Below are positions 1 through 9,739 of a stretch of DNA of 64,000 bases, piece after piece. Position numbers and translations under genes: made by a program. The DNA comes from Vulcanimicrobiota bacterium. Its GTDB lineage: Bacteria; Vulcanimicrobiota; Vulcanimicrobiia; Vulcanimicrobiales; Vulcanimicrobiaceae. The notes beneath the pieces were generated by a model. The model was not told the origin of the DNA. It saw only the letters and a program-made list of their open reading frames with translations, and searched no databases. The first letter of the stretch is position 1, and each line of letters begins with the position of its first letter. The stretch is from NCBI GenBank assembly GCA_963733295.1, contig CAVTCS010000003.1, forward strand, positions 1,696,001 through 1,760,000, given 5' to 3'.

Positions 1-489
1 TTGACTGTACGCGTTCGCACGGCTCGACTGTACCGACAGCACGCCGATGACGTCGCGTCCGAATTTGATCGGTACGTAGATCGCCGCCACGACGTCGACG
101 CCTTTGAGTTGTGCGCCGCTTACCGTCGTCGCAGCGCGCCGGCTCTGATCCCAGTCGCTGCGCCGGCGCTTGAGAATCGCTCTGCCCGAACTCGCGACTT
201 CGGCGGCGTGCGAATCGGGCGGCACGTCGCGCTGCGCTGCCTCGCCCGCGTTTCCCTCATCGAGGACGTACGCAATGCGCAGCGTGCCGGCTTCTTGCAG
301 TGCGATGAAGACGCGAGAGGCATCGACGAAGCGCGCCAGCAGCGTGCAGAACTGCGAGAAGATCGTACGCAGCGATACGTCGGCGGCCAGGAGTTCGGCG
401 GTCCGGCGCACGACCTCACGGTCGCGCTGAGAACGCTCAAGCGCGAGGGACCGTTGCCGGGCCCCGCTGATAGGAACGACCTTTCCCAC
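1..489 (-). CDS. GAF-domain signalling protein, N-terminal part (runs off the window edge)
   Basis: Not in the ORF track. Manual translation from GTG at 489 is open to base 1: MGKVVPISGARQRSLALERSQRDREVVRRTAELLAADVSLRTIFSQFCTLLARFVDASRVFIALQE...AAIYVPIKFGRDVIGVLSVQSSRANAYSQ. The 'VPI..G..VIGVLSVQS...NAY' pattern is typical of GAF domains. The + strand ORF 1..495 is its shadow. Confidence 0.75.
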   Translation of the reverse strand, partial: MGKVVPISGARQRSLALERSQRDREVVRRTAELLAADVSLRTIFSQFCTLLARFVDASRVFIALQEAGTLRIAYVLDEGNAGEAAQRDVPPDSHAAEVASSGRAILKRRRSDWDQSRRAATTVSGAQLKGVDVVAAIYVPIKFGRDVIGVLSVQSSRANAYSQ

Positions 490-634
490 TCCTAGGAATA
501 TCGGCCAGGCAGGCGGCCGCCGTCAAGCAAATGGCCGCCACAGGTTCTTGGACGACCCCATTCGGGCCAAGGTCCCCTAGGGCCGGACCGTAGCCGGCAA
601 GCGGGGCCGGAGCCTTGGGCGAAGGCGGACGGGA

Positions 635-2644
635 ATGGAGACCCTGGTACGCGAGGGCGAGCTGCTTTGGACGCCCCAGCCAAGCTTTGCCGAAAGCTCG
701 ACGGTCGCGCGCTTCATGCACTGGCTGGCGCGCGAACGCGGGCTCGAGTTTGCCGGCTACGACGCGCTGTGGCGGTGGTCGGTCGACGATCTAGAGTCGT
801 TCTGGGCCGCCATCTGGGATTTTTTCGAAGTGCGCTCGATTACGCCGTACACGCGCGTGCTCGATCGGCACGTGATGCCCGGCGCGCGCTGGTTCTCGGG
901 AGCCAGGTTGAACTTTGCCGAGCACGTGCTCCGTCACGAATCGCATGCGCCCGATGCGTCGGCGCTCGTCCATTCCTCGGAGTTGCGGCCTTTAGAACGC
1001 ACGAGCTGGAGCGAACTGGGCGAGCGCACGCGCGCGCTTGCAAGCGCCTTGCGCGAACTCGGTGTCCAACCCGGCGAGCGGGTGGCTTCGTACATGCCGA
1101 ACATTCCCGAGACCGCAATCGCCATGCTGGCCACGACGGCGATCGGCGCGGTCTGGGCCTCCGCTGCGCCGGAATTCGGTGCGCGAACCGTCATCGACCG
1201 CTTCGGGCAAATCGAACCGAGCGTGCTCTTCTTGACGGACGGTTATCGCTTCGCCGGCAAAAACTTCGATCGAGCCGAGCAGATCCGTGCGATCCTCGCA
1301 GCGTTGCCCTCGCTGCGCCACGTCGTCTGGCTGCCGTACCTCGACCGCGGCGCGACGCCGCCGCTGAGCAGCGCGCTCGCTTGGGATTCGTTGCTCGCCC
1401 GCGGCGAATCGGACGCGCGCCGCGCGGACGCATTCGCATACGAACGAGTTCCCGAAGATCATCCGCTGTGGGTTCTCTTTTCGTCCGGCACGACGGGCTT
1501 GCCCAAAGCGATCGTTCACGGTCACGTCGGCGTGACGCTCGAGCTCCTCAAGACCGGTCTGGCGAGCGACTCAGGTCCCGAGCGGCGAACGTTCTTCTAC
1601 ACCACGACCGGGTGGATGATGTGGAACGCGCTGATCGCATCGTTGCTGCACGGTGCGTCGGCGGTGCTCTATGACGGACACCCGGCCTACCCTGGTCCCG
1701 AGCTTCTGTGGCAACTGGCGGACGACGCCGAAGCGACCGGCTTCGGCGCGAGTCCGGCCTTCGTGCAAATCATGCAGAAGATCGGACTCGTGCCCAAGGA
1801 GCGCTTCGCGACCGAAAGGCTGCGCGGCGTCTTGCTGACAGGTTCGCCCGTCTCGCCGGAGACGACGGCCTGGTTCTACCGCAACGTCAAGGAAGACTTG
1901 TGGGTCAACTCGCCGTCGGGTGGCACGGAGCTGTGCGCCGGACTCGTCGGCGGTTCGCCGCTCTTACCCGTGTATGCGGGCGAGATCCAGACTCGTCTGC
2001 TCGGCATGGACGTGCACGCCTGGGATCCTCGCGGGCGCGAGCTCGAAGATGAAGTCGGCGAGCTCGTCGTAACGAGTCCCGCACCGTCGATGCCGCTGCG
2101 TTTTTGGAACGACCCCGGTGACAAGCGCTATCGCGAAACCTATTTCGAGCATTTTCCCGGAGTCTGGCGTCACGGCGATTTCGTGAAGATCAACGCTCGC
2201 GGCGGCTGCTTCGTCTACGGGCGCTCCGACTCGACGCTCAATCGTTTCGGCGTGCGCATCGGCTCGGCGGAGATCTACCGCATCCTCGAACGCGTTCCGG
2301 CGGTCGCCGACAGCTTGGTCGTCTGTCTGGAGCGCCCGGGCGGCGCATTCTTCATGCCGCTCTTCGTGAAGCTCGCGACGCCCGGTACGCTGGATGACGC
2401 GCTTCGCGCCGAGATCTCGGAACGGTTACGCAGCGACGGTAGTCCGCGTCACGTCCCCGACGCGATCGTCGCCGTCGACGCGATTCCCTACACGCTCACC
2501 GGTAAGAAGATGGAAATTCCCGTGCGCCGCCTCCTCGCCGGCGCGCGGGCGGCCGACGTCGCCAGCCGCGACGCGATGATGGATCCCGCGGCCTTGGACG
2601 TCTACGTCGAATACGCCGCGTCGCTCCAGGCCGAGATCGCTTGA
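635..2644 (+). CDS. acetoacetate--CoA ligase (acetoacetyl-CoA synthetase)
   Basis: AMP-binding motif LFSSGTTGLPKAIVHGH, plus FYTTTGWMMWN, SGGTE, WRHGD, GRSDSTLNRFGVRIGSAEIY and TLTGKKME, typical of this family. Confidence 0.9.
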   Translation: METLVREGELLWTPQPSFAESSTVARFMHWLARERGLEFAGYDALWRWSVDDLESFWAAIWDFFEVRSITPYTRVLDRHVMPGARWFSGARLNFAEHVLRHESHAPDASALVHSSELRPLERTSWSELGERTRALASALRELGVQPGERVASYMPNIPETAIAMLATTAIGAVWASAAPEFGARTVIDRFGQIEPSVLFLTDGYRFAGKNFDRAEQIRAILAALPSLRHVVWLPYLDRGATPPLSSALAWDSLLARGESDARRADAFAYERVPEDHPLWVLFSSGTTGLPKAIVHGHVGVTLELLKTGLASDSGPERRTFFYTTTGWMMWNALIASLLHGASAVLYDGHPAYPGPELLWQLADDAEATGFGASPAFVQIMQKIGLVPKERFATERLRGVLLTGSPVSPETTAWFYRNVKEDLWVNSPSGGTELCAGLVGGSPLLPVYAGEIQTRLLGMDVHAWDPRGRELEDEVGELVVTSPAPSMPLRFWNDPGDKRYRETYFEHFPGVWRHGDFVKINARGGCFVYGRSDSTLNRFGVRIGSAEIYRILERVPAVADSLVVCLERPGGAFFMPLFVKLATPGTLDDALRAEISERLRSDGSPRHVPDAIVAVDAIPYTLTGKKMEIPVRRLLAGARAADVASRDAMMDPAALDVYVEYAASLQAEIA

Positions 2645-3894
2645 TGCTGACCGTACGAGCCGGTATCATCATCCGCGCGCTTGCATTGATCTGCGCGTTT
2701 GCCATCAGCCCCGCAACAGGCTCGGCTGCGGGCAACGTCACCGTTTCGACGACGGTCGTCGACGCGCGCAACGAACCGGTCGCGGGCGCGCGGGTGGTGC
2801 TCACCGGAAATGCGGGCACGACCTTCACTGGGCTGACGGATCGACACGGCCAAGCGGTCGTGAAGATTCCGGTGGACACCTACAGCATCGTCGCCTCGCA
2901 CGACGGCTTTTCGCCCGAGACGTTGCGTGACATGGACATCGAGGCCAACACGTCGATCAGCATAACGATCTCCGCGGCTCCTCCGTCACCCGCGCCTGTG
3001 CCCACACGACGGCCGGCGGCCCCATCTCCGCTCGCGGTTCCGGTCTCGCGGCCCACGCCCGCACCGGCCATTCCGGCTCCGACGGCCGTACCGGTGCAAC
3101 CCACGCCGAATGTGGTCGCGACGCCACGTCCGACGCCCGCTCCGTCGCCTATCGCCGTCGCCGTGGTACCGGCCGGCACGCAAGCGCCGGCACTGGCGCC
3201 GGTGTTGGCGCCGGCGCCGAAGCTCGTACACGATGCGTTGCTCGCCACCTACGACGCGCGTCATCCGGAGCACGTGAGCGGCGAGCCGTACTTCGGACGG
3301 TATACGTACGTACTGCTGGGCGGCGGCGGCGCAGCCGATCCGCGCAATCAAGCCCTGCTGGCTACTCTCGTCGCGAGGTACAACGTCGTCTCGAACGCCG
3401 GCAGCCAAGCCGTAACCGGCAATCCGTTCGGCTACAACCTGTTCCTTTTGCCCGTCAAAGAGTCGAGTCAGAGCGCGGGAGCTTCGAATGCGGCCGGTGC
3501 CGTCGTTCAGTATGACTACAAGACGGCGCAATATCTTCTCAACCGGTATTGCGGCGCGCCCGCGCACGCCCCGAGCTCGATTTGCGCGAAGCCTCACTCG
3601 CAGGGGCCGTTCATGTTGACCCTGACCCGGCCGCTTCAAGGTCTGCGCGCCCAGGACGCCTTTCCGCCGACGTTCGCCTACGACTTCGGCGCCGTCGCAC
3701 CCGAACAGTTTTCGACGGCGGTGACGCTCATCGCTCGCGTCGCTGCCGTTCCGGACCCGATGCAAGCCGATCTTCAGCTGCCGCCCGCGGACCTTTCCAA
3801 GTACGTCGGACCCGCGTTCGTCGCGTCGGGCGCCGCCCTGCGAGCGCTCGTCCCGACCCTGCGGGTCTCCGTGGATAACGGGCTCCTATCGTAG
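2641..3894 (+). CDS. secreted hypothetical protein: carboxypeptidase-regulatory-like domain, Pro/Ala-rich linker, unknown C-terminal domain
   Basis: Signal peptide; VVDARNEPVAGARVVL...TDRHG...TYSIVASHDGF beta-sandwich pattern; long PTPAP-type linker. Confidence 0.65.
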   Translation: MMLTVRAGIIIRALALICAFAISPATGSAAGNVTVSTTVVDARNEPVAGARVVLTGNAGTTFTGLTDRHGQAVVKIPVDTYSIVASHDGFSPETLRDMDIEANTSISITISAAPPSPAPVPTRRPAAPSPLAVPVSRPTPAPAIPAPTAVPVQPTPNVVATPRPTPAPSPIAVAVVPAGTQAPALAPVLAPAPKLVHDALLATYDARHPEHVSGEPYFGRYTYVLLGGGGAADPRNQALLATLVARYNVVSNAGSQAVTGNPFGYNLFLLPVKESSQSAGASNAAGAVVQYDYKTAQYLLNRYCGAPAHAPSSICAKPHSQGPFMLTLTRPLQGLRAQDAFPPTFAYDFGAVAPEQFSTAVTLIARVAAVPDPMQADLQLPPADLSKYVGPAFVASGAALRALVPTLRVSVDNGLLS

Positions 3895-3905
3895 AAGGAA
3901 CGCGC

Positions 3906-4463
3906 ATGACGTATTTCCGCGATGAGGTCGAGTGCCCGCTCGGTACCCTCGTTTTGGTGACGAACGGCGCAGCGTTGTGCGGCTTGTATTTTGCCGACCA
4001 CCCCAAACGCACCGATCGAATGTTGCGGAAACAGTACGGTGACGCTGTCGTGCGCGAACGTCCCGAACGCCTCGGCATTCGCGAGCGGCTCGAAGCGTAT
4101 TTCGCCGGCGATCTGCACGCACTCGATGACGTTCCGACTCAGACGAGCGGCACCGCATTTCAAGAAGCCGTGTGGTCGGCGCTGCGCATGATCCCGGTGG
4201 GAACGACCACGTCCTACGGCGCTCTCGCAAACGGCCTCGGGAACCCGGGGGCGATGCGCGCGGTTGGACTTGCCAACGGTTCGAACCCGGTCGCGATCGT
4301 CATTCCCTGTCATCGCGTCATCGGCGCGGACGGCACGCTGACGGGTTTCGGCGGCGGACTCGACCGTAAAGCCTGGCTACTGCGACACGAGGGCGTTCGT
4401 TTTACAGAGGCGCGCGGTTCGCGCGCGATCGACGATCGGGAAATGACGCTCTTCCCCGCCTAG
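3906..4463 (+). CDS. ogt: methylated-DNA--protein-cysteine methyltransferase
   Basis: GTAFQEAVW, IPVGTTTSYG, RAVG and the active-site IPCHRVIG. Confidence 0.93.
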   Translation: MTYFRDEVECPLGTLVLVTNGAALCGLYFADHPKRTDRMLRKQYGDAVVRERPERLGIRERLEAYFAGDLHALDDVPTQTSGTAFQEAVWSALRMIPVGTTTSYGALANGLGNPGAMRAVGLANGSNPVAIVIPCHRVIGADGTLTGFGGGLDRKAWLLRHEGVRFTEARGSRAIDDREMTLFPA

Positions 4464-4470
4464 ACGGCGC

Positions 4471-5373
4471 TCAGCGGCGCTTGAGCGCTTCGAGCTCTTC
4501 CAGCGTGCGGGGTGCGTCCGCTTTCAGCAGACGCGACAAGCTGCGATCCGCCAGGAGTCTGCCGCTCGTCTGACAGCGGACGCAATAGTTCGTCTCGTTG
4601 TCGGCGTAGCGGATGCGTTGCACCGGCTCGCCGCAGCGCGGGCATGGCTCCCCGAAGCGCCCGTGCACGGCCATGTCCTTGCGGAATGCCGTGACGTGTT
4701 CGGGAAAGCGGTCCTTGGCCTCATCGCGCAGCCGGTCGATCCATTTCTGCAGCGTGGCGCGGGTCGCCGCGAAAAGCCGTTCCCATTCGTCCGGCGTCAA
4801 CTTCTGCGTCAGGGCAATCGGAGAGAGTTGCGCGGCGTGGAGGATTTCGTCGGAGTAGGCGTTGCCGATGCCGCTGACGTTACGCGGATCGGTGAGCGCG
4901 CGTTTGAGCGTGTGATTCTCGATCCTGAGCGCATGCCGAAAGGCGTCGAGATCGGCGCTGAAAACATCGATGCCGCCTGCATCGAGCGCGCGGAGCGAAG
5001 CCTCGCCTCGCAAGACGTGCAAGGAGGCGCGGCGTTTGCTGCCGGCTTCCGTCAAGACGAGCGTACCCGCGGGGAAATCGAACGCCGCGAGGTCGCTGCG
5101 CCCCGTCAGCTTCGCGCCGGGAGCGCGCCAGTGCAGCCGGCCGGCGATCATCAGGTGGAGTACCAGCCACAGGTCTCCCTCGAGACCGATGGCGATGCGT
5201 TTGCCGATGCGACGCACCTCCCGCACGACGAGACCTTCGACGGCGCCCAGCGGCGGATCCGCAGTCCGCAGCAGAAACGCATTTCCTCGAATGCGAACGT
5301 GCTCGAGCGGTTGACCGAGGATGCGCGGCTCGAGCGCGCTGATGTAAGCTGCGACGTCCGGGAGTTCCGGCAC
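4471..5373 (-). CDS. Fpg/Nei family DNA glycosylase
   Basis: N-terminal [16 protein letters not shown]2TH motif [13 protein letters not shown]-terminal zinc finger CPRC...CVRCQ. Confidence 0.9.
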   Translation of the reverse strand: MPELPDVAAYISALEPRILGQPLEHVRIRGNAFLLRTADPPLGAVEGLVVREVRRIGKRIAIGLEGDLWLVLHLMIAGRLHWRAPGAKLTGRSDLAAFDFPAGTLVLTEAGSKRRASLHVLRGEASLRALDAGGIDVFSADLDAFRHALRIENHTLKRALTDPRNVSGIGNAYSDEILHAAQLSPIALTQKLTPDEWERLFAATRATLQKWIDRLRDEAKDRFPEHVTAFRKDMAVHGRFGEPCPRCGEPVQRIRYADNETNYCVRCQTSGRLLADRSLSRLLKADAPRTLEELEALKRR

Positions 5374-5374
5374 G

Positions 5375-6763
5375 TCAACTGTTAGCGGTGGAAACCGAGT
5401 TCGGCGGCGTCGATCGCTTTCGGCGCGGCACTTCGAGCGGTTCGCGCGCGAGTTCTCGAACCTGGCGCGATGCGGCTATCGCTTGCGAGTCATCGTACGC
5501 TTCTTGGTTCGCCTCGATCTCGTCAAGCCTGTAGACGTAGTTCACCATCAAACCGGCGGAGTCACGCAACGCCTTCGTCGAGCGGTCGCCCAGCCAGCAG
5601 ATCCGCTCCAGCCGCGCACCGTTGCTCAGATGAAAGCGCTCGACGGGATCCTCGAGGCCGCCGTTGCGATCGCGCGCCTCCAGCAAGTAGCGAGCGCCTA
5701 GACGCAACAGCGGACGTTCTAGTACCGCTTCTGCCGCGGCGTCACGCTGCCAACCGACGCGCTCGAGCAAAGCCCGTACGTCGGCGGTCCAGCCGGGTTG
5801 CTCCGGTTGCGTGTCGAGCCACTTCCGGAAACCCGCGATCGGAGAGAGCGTCGTGAACGTTCGCAAATGCGGGAGTTCGGCGGAAAGCGCGCTGACGACG
5901 CCCTTGATCAGCGCGTTCCCGAGGCTGATTCCCGAAAGACCTTGCTGACAGGCGGAAATCGAATAAAACGCCGCGACCCGGGCACTGCGCGCATCGCCGC
6001 GCGGCGCCTTCGGGTCGATCAGCGGTGCGATCCGATCGGGAAGGTGATCCGTCAGGGCTACTTCCACGAAGACAAGCGGTTCGTTCGGCATGGCCGGATG
6101 CAGGTAGGCAAAGCAGCGCCGATCGGTGTCGAGCCGGTCCTTGAGAGCGAGCCAGCCGCGCACTTCGTGCACCGCTTCGTAGCGCCCGAGTTTCTCGAGC
6201 AACGAGGCCGGCGCGTCCCACGTAATCCGCCGCAATTCGAGAAAGCCGAGGTCGAACCAGGTCTCGAGGAGTTCCCGCAGGTCCGCCTCGAGCGGCCGCA
6301 GGGCCGGGGATTCGCGCGTGCGTTCGAGGAGATCGGCGCGGAGATCGACCAGAAACTTCGTCCCGTCCTCGAGGACATTAAAGCTCCGAAGGATCTTGAG
6401 CCAGGGGGGTTCGAGGGCGTCGCGCAAGCGGCTCGCTGCGGCCGGAATGTCGGACGCGTTTGGAAGTGCCGCGAGCGGCTCCGCAAAAACGGAGGGCCGG
6501 ACCGCAAACCCGGCAAGAAGATTCAGGAAACGCGTTTTCCCCTCGTTCCCTAAGCGAGCGTAGAGTTGCGCGAGTTCGGCGACGCGCTTTCGCGTCGAGG
6601 TCTCTCCGCCGCGCGCTTCGGCGCAAGCGGCCAGCGTCGCACGCAGTCGCGGCACATCGCGCTCGGCAAGTTCCGCCGCGCCGCGCCGCTCATCGCGATG
6701 CACCAGGTCGCTCCACGACCCAGCGACCGACTCGACTGCCCGGCGGATGAGATCGGAGTGCAC
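5375..6763 (-). CDS. malonyl-CoA decarboxylase
   Basis: [77 protein letters not shown]. Confidence 0.92.
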   Translation of the reverse strand: MHSDLIRRAVESVAGSWSDLVHRDERRGAAELAERDVPRLRATLAACAEARGGETSTRKRVAELAQLYARLGNEGKTRFLNLLAGFAVRPSVFAEPLAALPNASDIPAAASRLRDALEPPWLKILRSFNVLEDGTKFLVDLRADLLERTRESPALRPLEADLRELLETWFDLGFLELRRITWDAPASLLEKLGRYEAVHEVRGWLALKDRLDTDRRCFAYLHPAMPNEPLVFVEVALTDHLPDRIAPLIDPKAPRGDARSARVAAFYSISACQQGLSGISLGNALIKGVVSALSAELPHLRTFTTLSPIAGFRKWLDTQPEQPGWTADVRALLERVGWQRDAAAEAVLERPLLRLGARYLLEARDRNGGLEDPVERFHLSNGARLERICWLGDRSTKALRDSAGLMVNYVYRLDEIEANQEAYDDSQAIAASRQVRELAREPLEVPRRKRSTPPNSVSTANS

Positions 6764-6915
6764 GGCTCAATTTAGCTTCCATGTGCCGGCAATCCGAGCC
6801 TCCGCTCTTATTCCGCGGCGACGTCACGAAAATGCTGGGGTTACGTAAGCCGATTCAGCATAACAAGCGCAGGGCGCGGCCCCACGCGCGCGGTAGACGA
6901 CTCGGGAGGACGGCT

Positions 6916-7572
6916 ATGAGAACGACTCGGTGTGCGACGCTCTTTCTGTTGGCGGTTCTGAGCGCCGGCGCGGCTCGCGCCGACATGCTGCCGACCGCAA
7001 AGGGTCCTGCCTCGGCGACGGAGGCTGCCTTCATCACGTCGATCCAAGGCGATCTCACGAAACGCTTTCCGACGGCCGCCGACGCGGAGAAAGCCGGCTA
7101 TATCCGGTACACCAACGAGGACGAAACCGGTGCGATAAGCTACGCGAACCTGCAGTGGCAGTCGAGCGACTCCCGTCACCCCAGCCAACTCTGGTACGAC
7201 GTCAACGGGCATTTACTAGGAGCAGACTTCTCCGTGCTCAAGACGGACGCGCAGCGTCCGCAGCTGTGGGGAATAAATCCCGGACGCTGGGCGGAGTTCG
7301 ATGGGCACGTGCACTACGTCGTCCAGACACCGGCGGGTACGCGCACGTACGATCACTGGGTCCCCAATCCGGCCTTCGTAGCCGCCGGGGGAAACCTGCA
7401 GCACCCGAATGCCGCGACGCTCGTCAAGCTCGGGAAGGTCACGAACGTCGCTGCGGTCGCGACCGTCTTCGAATTCCCCACGATTTGGGATCTGATCGTT
7501 TGGGTCAAGCCGAATCCCGACGGGGCGTTCGCGTACAAGAATCCGCTCGTGCATCCTACGAAGTCGCGCTAA
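6916..7572 (+). CDS. secreted hypothetical protein
   Basis: GGAGGA RBS before ATG 6916 (the track start at 6781 is probably too long); signal peptide ending ARA; normal globular composition. Confidence 0.7.
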   Translation: MRTTRCATLFLLAVLSAGAARADMLPTAKGPASATEAAFITSIQGDLTKRFPTAADAEKAGYIRYTNEDETGAISYANLQWQSSDSRHPSQLWYDVNGHLLGADFSVLKTDAQRPQLWGINPGRWAEFDGHVHYVVQTPAGTRTYDHWVPNPAFVAAGGNLQHPNAATLVKLGKVTNVAAVATVFEFPTIWDLIVWVKPNPDGAFAYKNPLVHPTKSR

Positions 7573-7877
7573 CGCGCAAGTCCTCTCGCGCGCCGGAGAC
7601 CGGCGTCGGCCCTTGGGACGTCCCTTGGCCGACGCGTGCCGCGCCCACGAAATGCTCGGCGGAGCTTTAAAGCGGCCGCGAGGCAAAATCGTGCTGCAGG
7701 TGCGTCCGAACAACGAACGGTTTCTCTCTTAAGTATTTCGGTCGAAAGTCGCTCGAACACTAGTGGTTCCTCGGACCATCGCCGCGCGTCCGAGTTCTCC
7801 TAGCGCAAAAGCCGTGACCGCGCACACGAAAGGCAAAGCGTGGTGACGTGCGCGGCGGATGGTACCGATAAGTTTCA

Positions 7878-8168
7878 GTGATGAGCTTTGAAGAACTGCT
7901 CGCTCTTGGACGGGCAAAACTTGACGCACAAGCAGCATACAATCGGGTCCAAATTCTGGCCGCCGAACGTGCGAGATTTCGCGCGATGAGAACGGCCAAG
8001 CCGTACGCATTCGGTTCCACGTCCGCGACGAACGGCGTGGCCGAGCAGATCCGGAACGCGTATCACGTCATCGCGAAGATCGACGAACAAAATCCGGGAG
8101 ACCCCGCTACCATCGAAGCGCTCCAGGAAGTTCGGGACTACCTCGCCGTCGTAGGCCTCGATCCTTAG
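7878..8168 (+). CDS. small hypothetical protein
   Basis: 96-aa ORF with helical, protein-like composition; no recognisable motif. Confidence 0.5.
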   Translation: MMSFEELLALGRAKLDAQAAYNRVQILAAERARFRAMRTAKPYAFGSTSATNGVAEQIRNAYHVIAKIDEQNPGDPATIEALQEVRDYLAVVGLDP

Positions 8169-8257
8169 GTCTCCAGACCGGGCATTTCCCCGAGCCGGAC
8201 CGCGTGCCATGCGCTCGAAGGCCAAGATGATCGGCGCCGAGCGTCGAAGAAGCTATC

Positions 8258-8497
8258 GTGGACGAGGATTATCGCAAACGGGCCGATGAACGTCGCGAGA
8301 CGATGAGCGTCCGGCTCGCTCGAACGCTTGATAAGGCCCTCGGGATCGAGCGAGAGAGAGAACAGCAGCTGGAAGCGCCCGCACGCGCTGAGGTAATCTG
8401 GGGCTTGGTCCGCGAGTTGGAAGCTTTGCGAGGAAAGAGTGGAGCCGAACTCCGACTTGATCGATCTCTTGCGCGCGTTGAACGACGAAGGCGCTGA
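8258..8497 (+). CDS. small protein, putative partner of a nucleotidyltransferase
   Basis: 79 aa ending RLDRSLARVERRRR and overlapping the start of a nucleotidyltransferase-like fragment. Confidence 0.5.
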   Translation: MDEDYRKRADERRETMSVRLARTLDKALGIEREREQQLEAPARAEVIWGLVRELEALRGKSGAELRLDRSLARVERRRR

Positions 8498-8540
8498 GTA
8501 CCTTCTCGTCGGTGGCTACATTAGTCTAGAAGAAATCTAA
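8439..8540 (+). pseudogene. truncated nucleotidyltransferase (DUF6036/MNT-like) N-terminus
   Basis: Manual translation MEPNSDLIDLLRALNDEGAEYLLVGGYISLEEI*. It matches the 'D..dLL..LN...veYLvVGGY(A)' start of this family and then stops. Confidence 0.6.
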
Positions 8541-9106
8541 AGACGGCTCGGGAGTCGCTCGAACTCGCAGGCGACGTCAAGATCGCCAGCGTAGTCGCCT
8601 CTTTCGATATAGTCGAAACTCGTCGCTGCATTCCTAATCCCGACGGTCCTACAGAAACGGCGCAACAGGTCCGATCCGAATGTTTCCTTGCGCGTGTCGG
8701 AAAGCACCTCGAGTAGCGCATCACGCTCGGCCTGCGAACAGTACGGGGCCAACAGGTCCAAGCGCTTGACGACTGGGTCACGCTGCTTTCCGGTGCGCTT
8801 CTTTCCCAGCGTGATCTTGAAAAACCCAAGGTCTTTCCCGGCGACGTTAGCGTTGAGCAGAAAGTCGTCCTCATCGTACGAACCAAGCGTAAGTACCAGG
8901 CATTGAAGCTCCTTTGATACGCGCGTGGCCAGTCTATCCATCTGCTCGCATACCTTCGGGTAGACAGCGGTCCAGCGGTCGATCGCATCGCCGAAGTACA
9001 GTTCGATACCCGCGATACCAGGCTCGTCGATAACGCGCCGAAGCACCGCGCCAAGCTCATCGTGAGTTACCTTTGGAACCTGGATGGAGGTATAAAATGC
9101 ACCCAA
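8537..9106 (-). CDS. hypothetical protein (lower GC)
   Basis: 189-aa ORF MGAFYTSIQV... with more AT-rich codon usage than its neighbours. Confidence 0.65.
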   Translation of the reverse strand: MGAFYTSIQVPKVTHDELGAVLRRVIDEPGIAGIELYFGDAIDRWTAVYPKVCEQMDRLATRVSKELQCLVLTLGSYDEDDFLLNANVAGKDLGFFKITLGKKRTGKQRDPVVKRLDLLAPYCSQAERDALLEVLSDTRKETFGSDLLRRFCRTVGIRNAATSFDYIERGDYAGDLDVACEFERLPSRL

Positions 9107-9245
9107 AGGAGGCTACCTTAAATTGGAAGCGCGGTGAAGCGAACGGCCTGAGAAATGCGGTCTGGATTGGCAACCCGTAACGCAATTCCCCGCGGACTGC
9201 TCCTCCAAGACTCGTTTACTGAAAAAGACGGGTGCGATCGCAAGC

Positions 9246-9274
9246 AAAAAGCACAACCACCGTAGTGAGTGTGC
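9246..9274 (-). terminator. intrinsic terminator downstream of tmRNA
   Basis: Minus strand GCACACTCAC-TACG-GTGGTTGTGC hairpin followed by TTTTT, just after the tmRNA CCA. Confidence 0.7.
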
Positions 9275-9287
9275 CTCCGCTGAAAAT

Positions 9288-9639
9288 TGGTGGAGCTGTC
9301 GGGGAACCGCCCCCCGAGTCCGAATCGCCGGACTAACGCTTTCTCCAGGCTCAGTTTCGATTTTGTCTTAGGTCACCGGGCGTCTCGAAACCGGACTATC
9401 GGTGACCGCAGCTTCTGAGTTTCGGGCGGATCTCGAAGCGATTTCCCCGTCCTAGCCGGACTTTATGACGGTCGGCGCGGCGGTTCCGGCGACCCCGCGA
9501 GGACCGTGGCTAACCTAGTTTAGGCAGCCAGTGCGTAGTTGTTGTTCGCGTGTAAAACGCTTGCGATCGTTTTAGGAGTGCTCGCAACTCCGCCTGCTTA
9601 CGCTACCCACGGATCGACCCGTCGAAGCTACTCAGCCCC
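9288..9639 (-). ncRNA. ssrA: tmRNA (one-piece), tag peptide ANNNYALAA
   Basis: 5' GGGGCTGAGTAGCTTCGACGGG; 3' CAGCTCCACCA with the G3.U Ala identity pair; tag frame GCG AAC AAC AAC TAC GCA CTG GCT GCC TAA at 9549-9520; length 352 nt. Confidence 0.96.
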
Positions 9640-9739
9640 ATGGTAGAGCGCCGGACGCGGCCGGCACCCTCCACTATACCACAGACCGAAACGTACGGTT
9701 GCAACCGCCTCCCGAGCAGCCCGGGTTGGATAGCCCGGC

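Noticed and set aside
3906..5373. ogt plus fpg/nei as a novel repair system
   Set aside because: Both are ordinary families, convergently transcribed; adjacency alone is not informative
7820..7875. Possible c-di-GMP-I riboswitch (AAAGGCAAA...GGTGAC)
   Set aside because: The stem is weak and the following GACGCAAAGC and second hairpin are absent; a cmsearch with RF01051 would settle it
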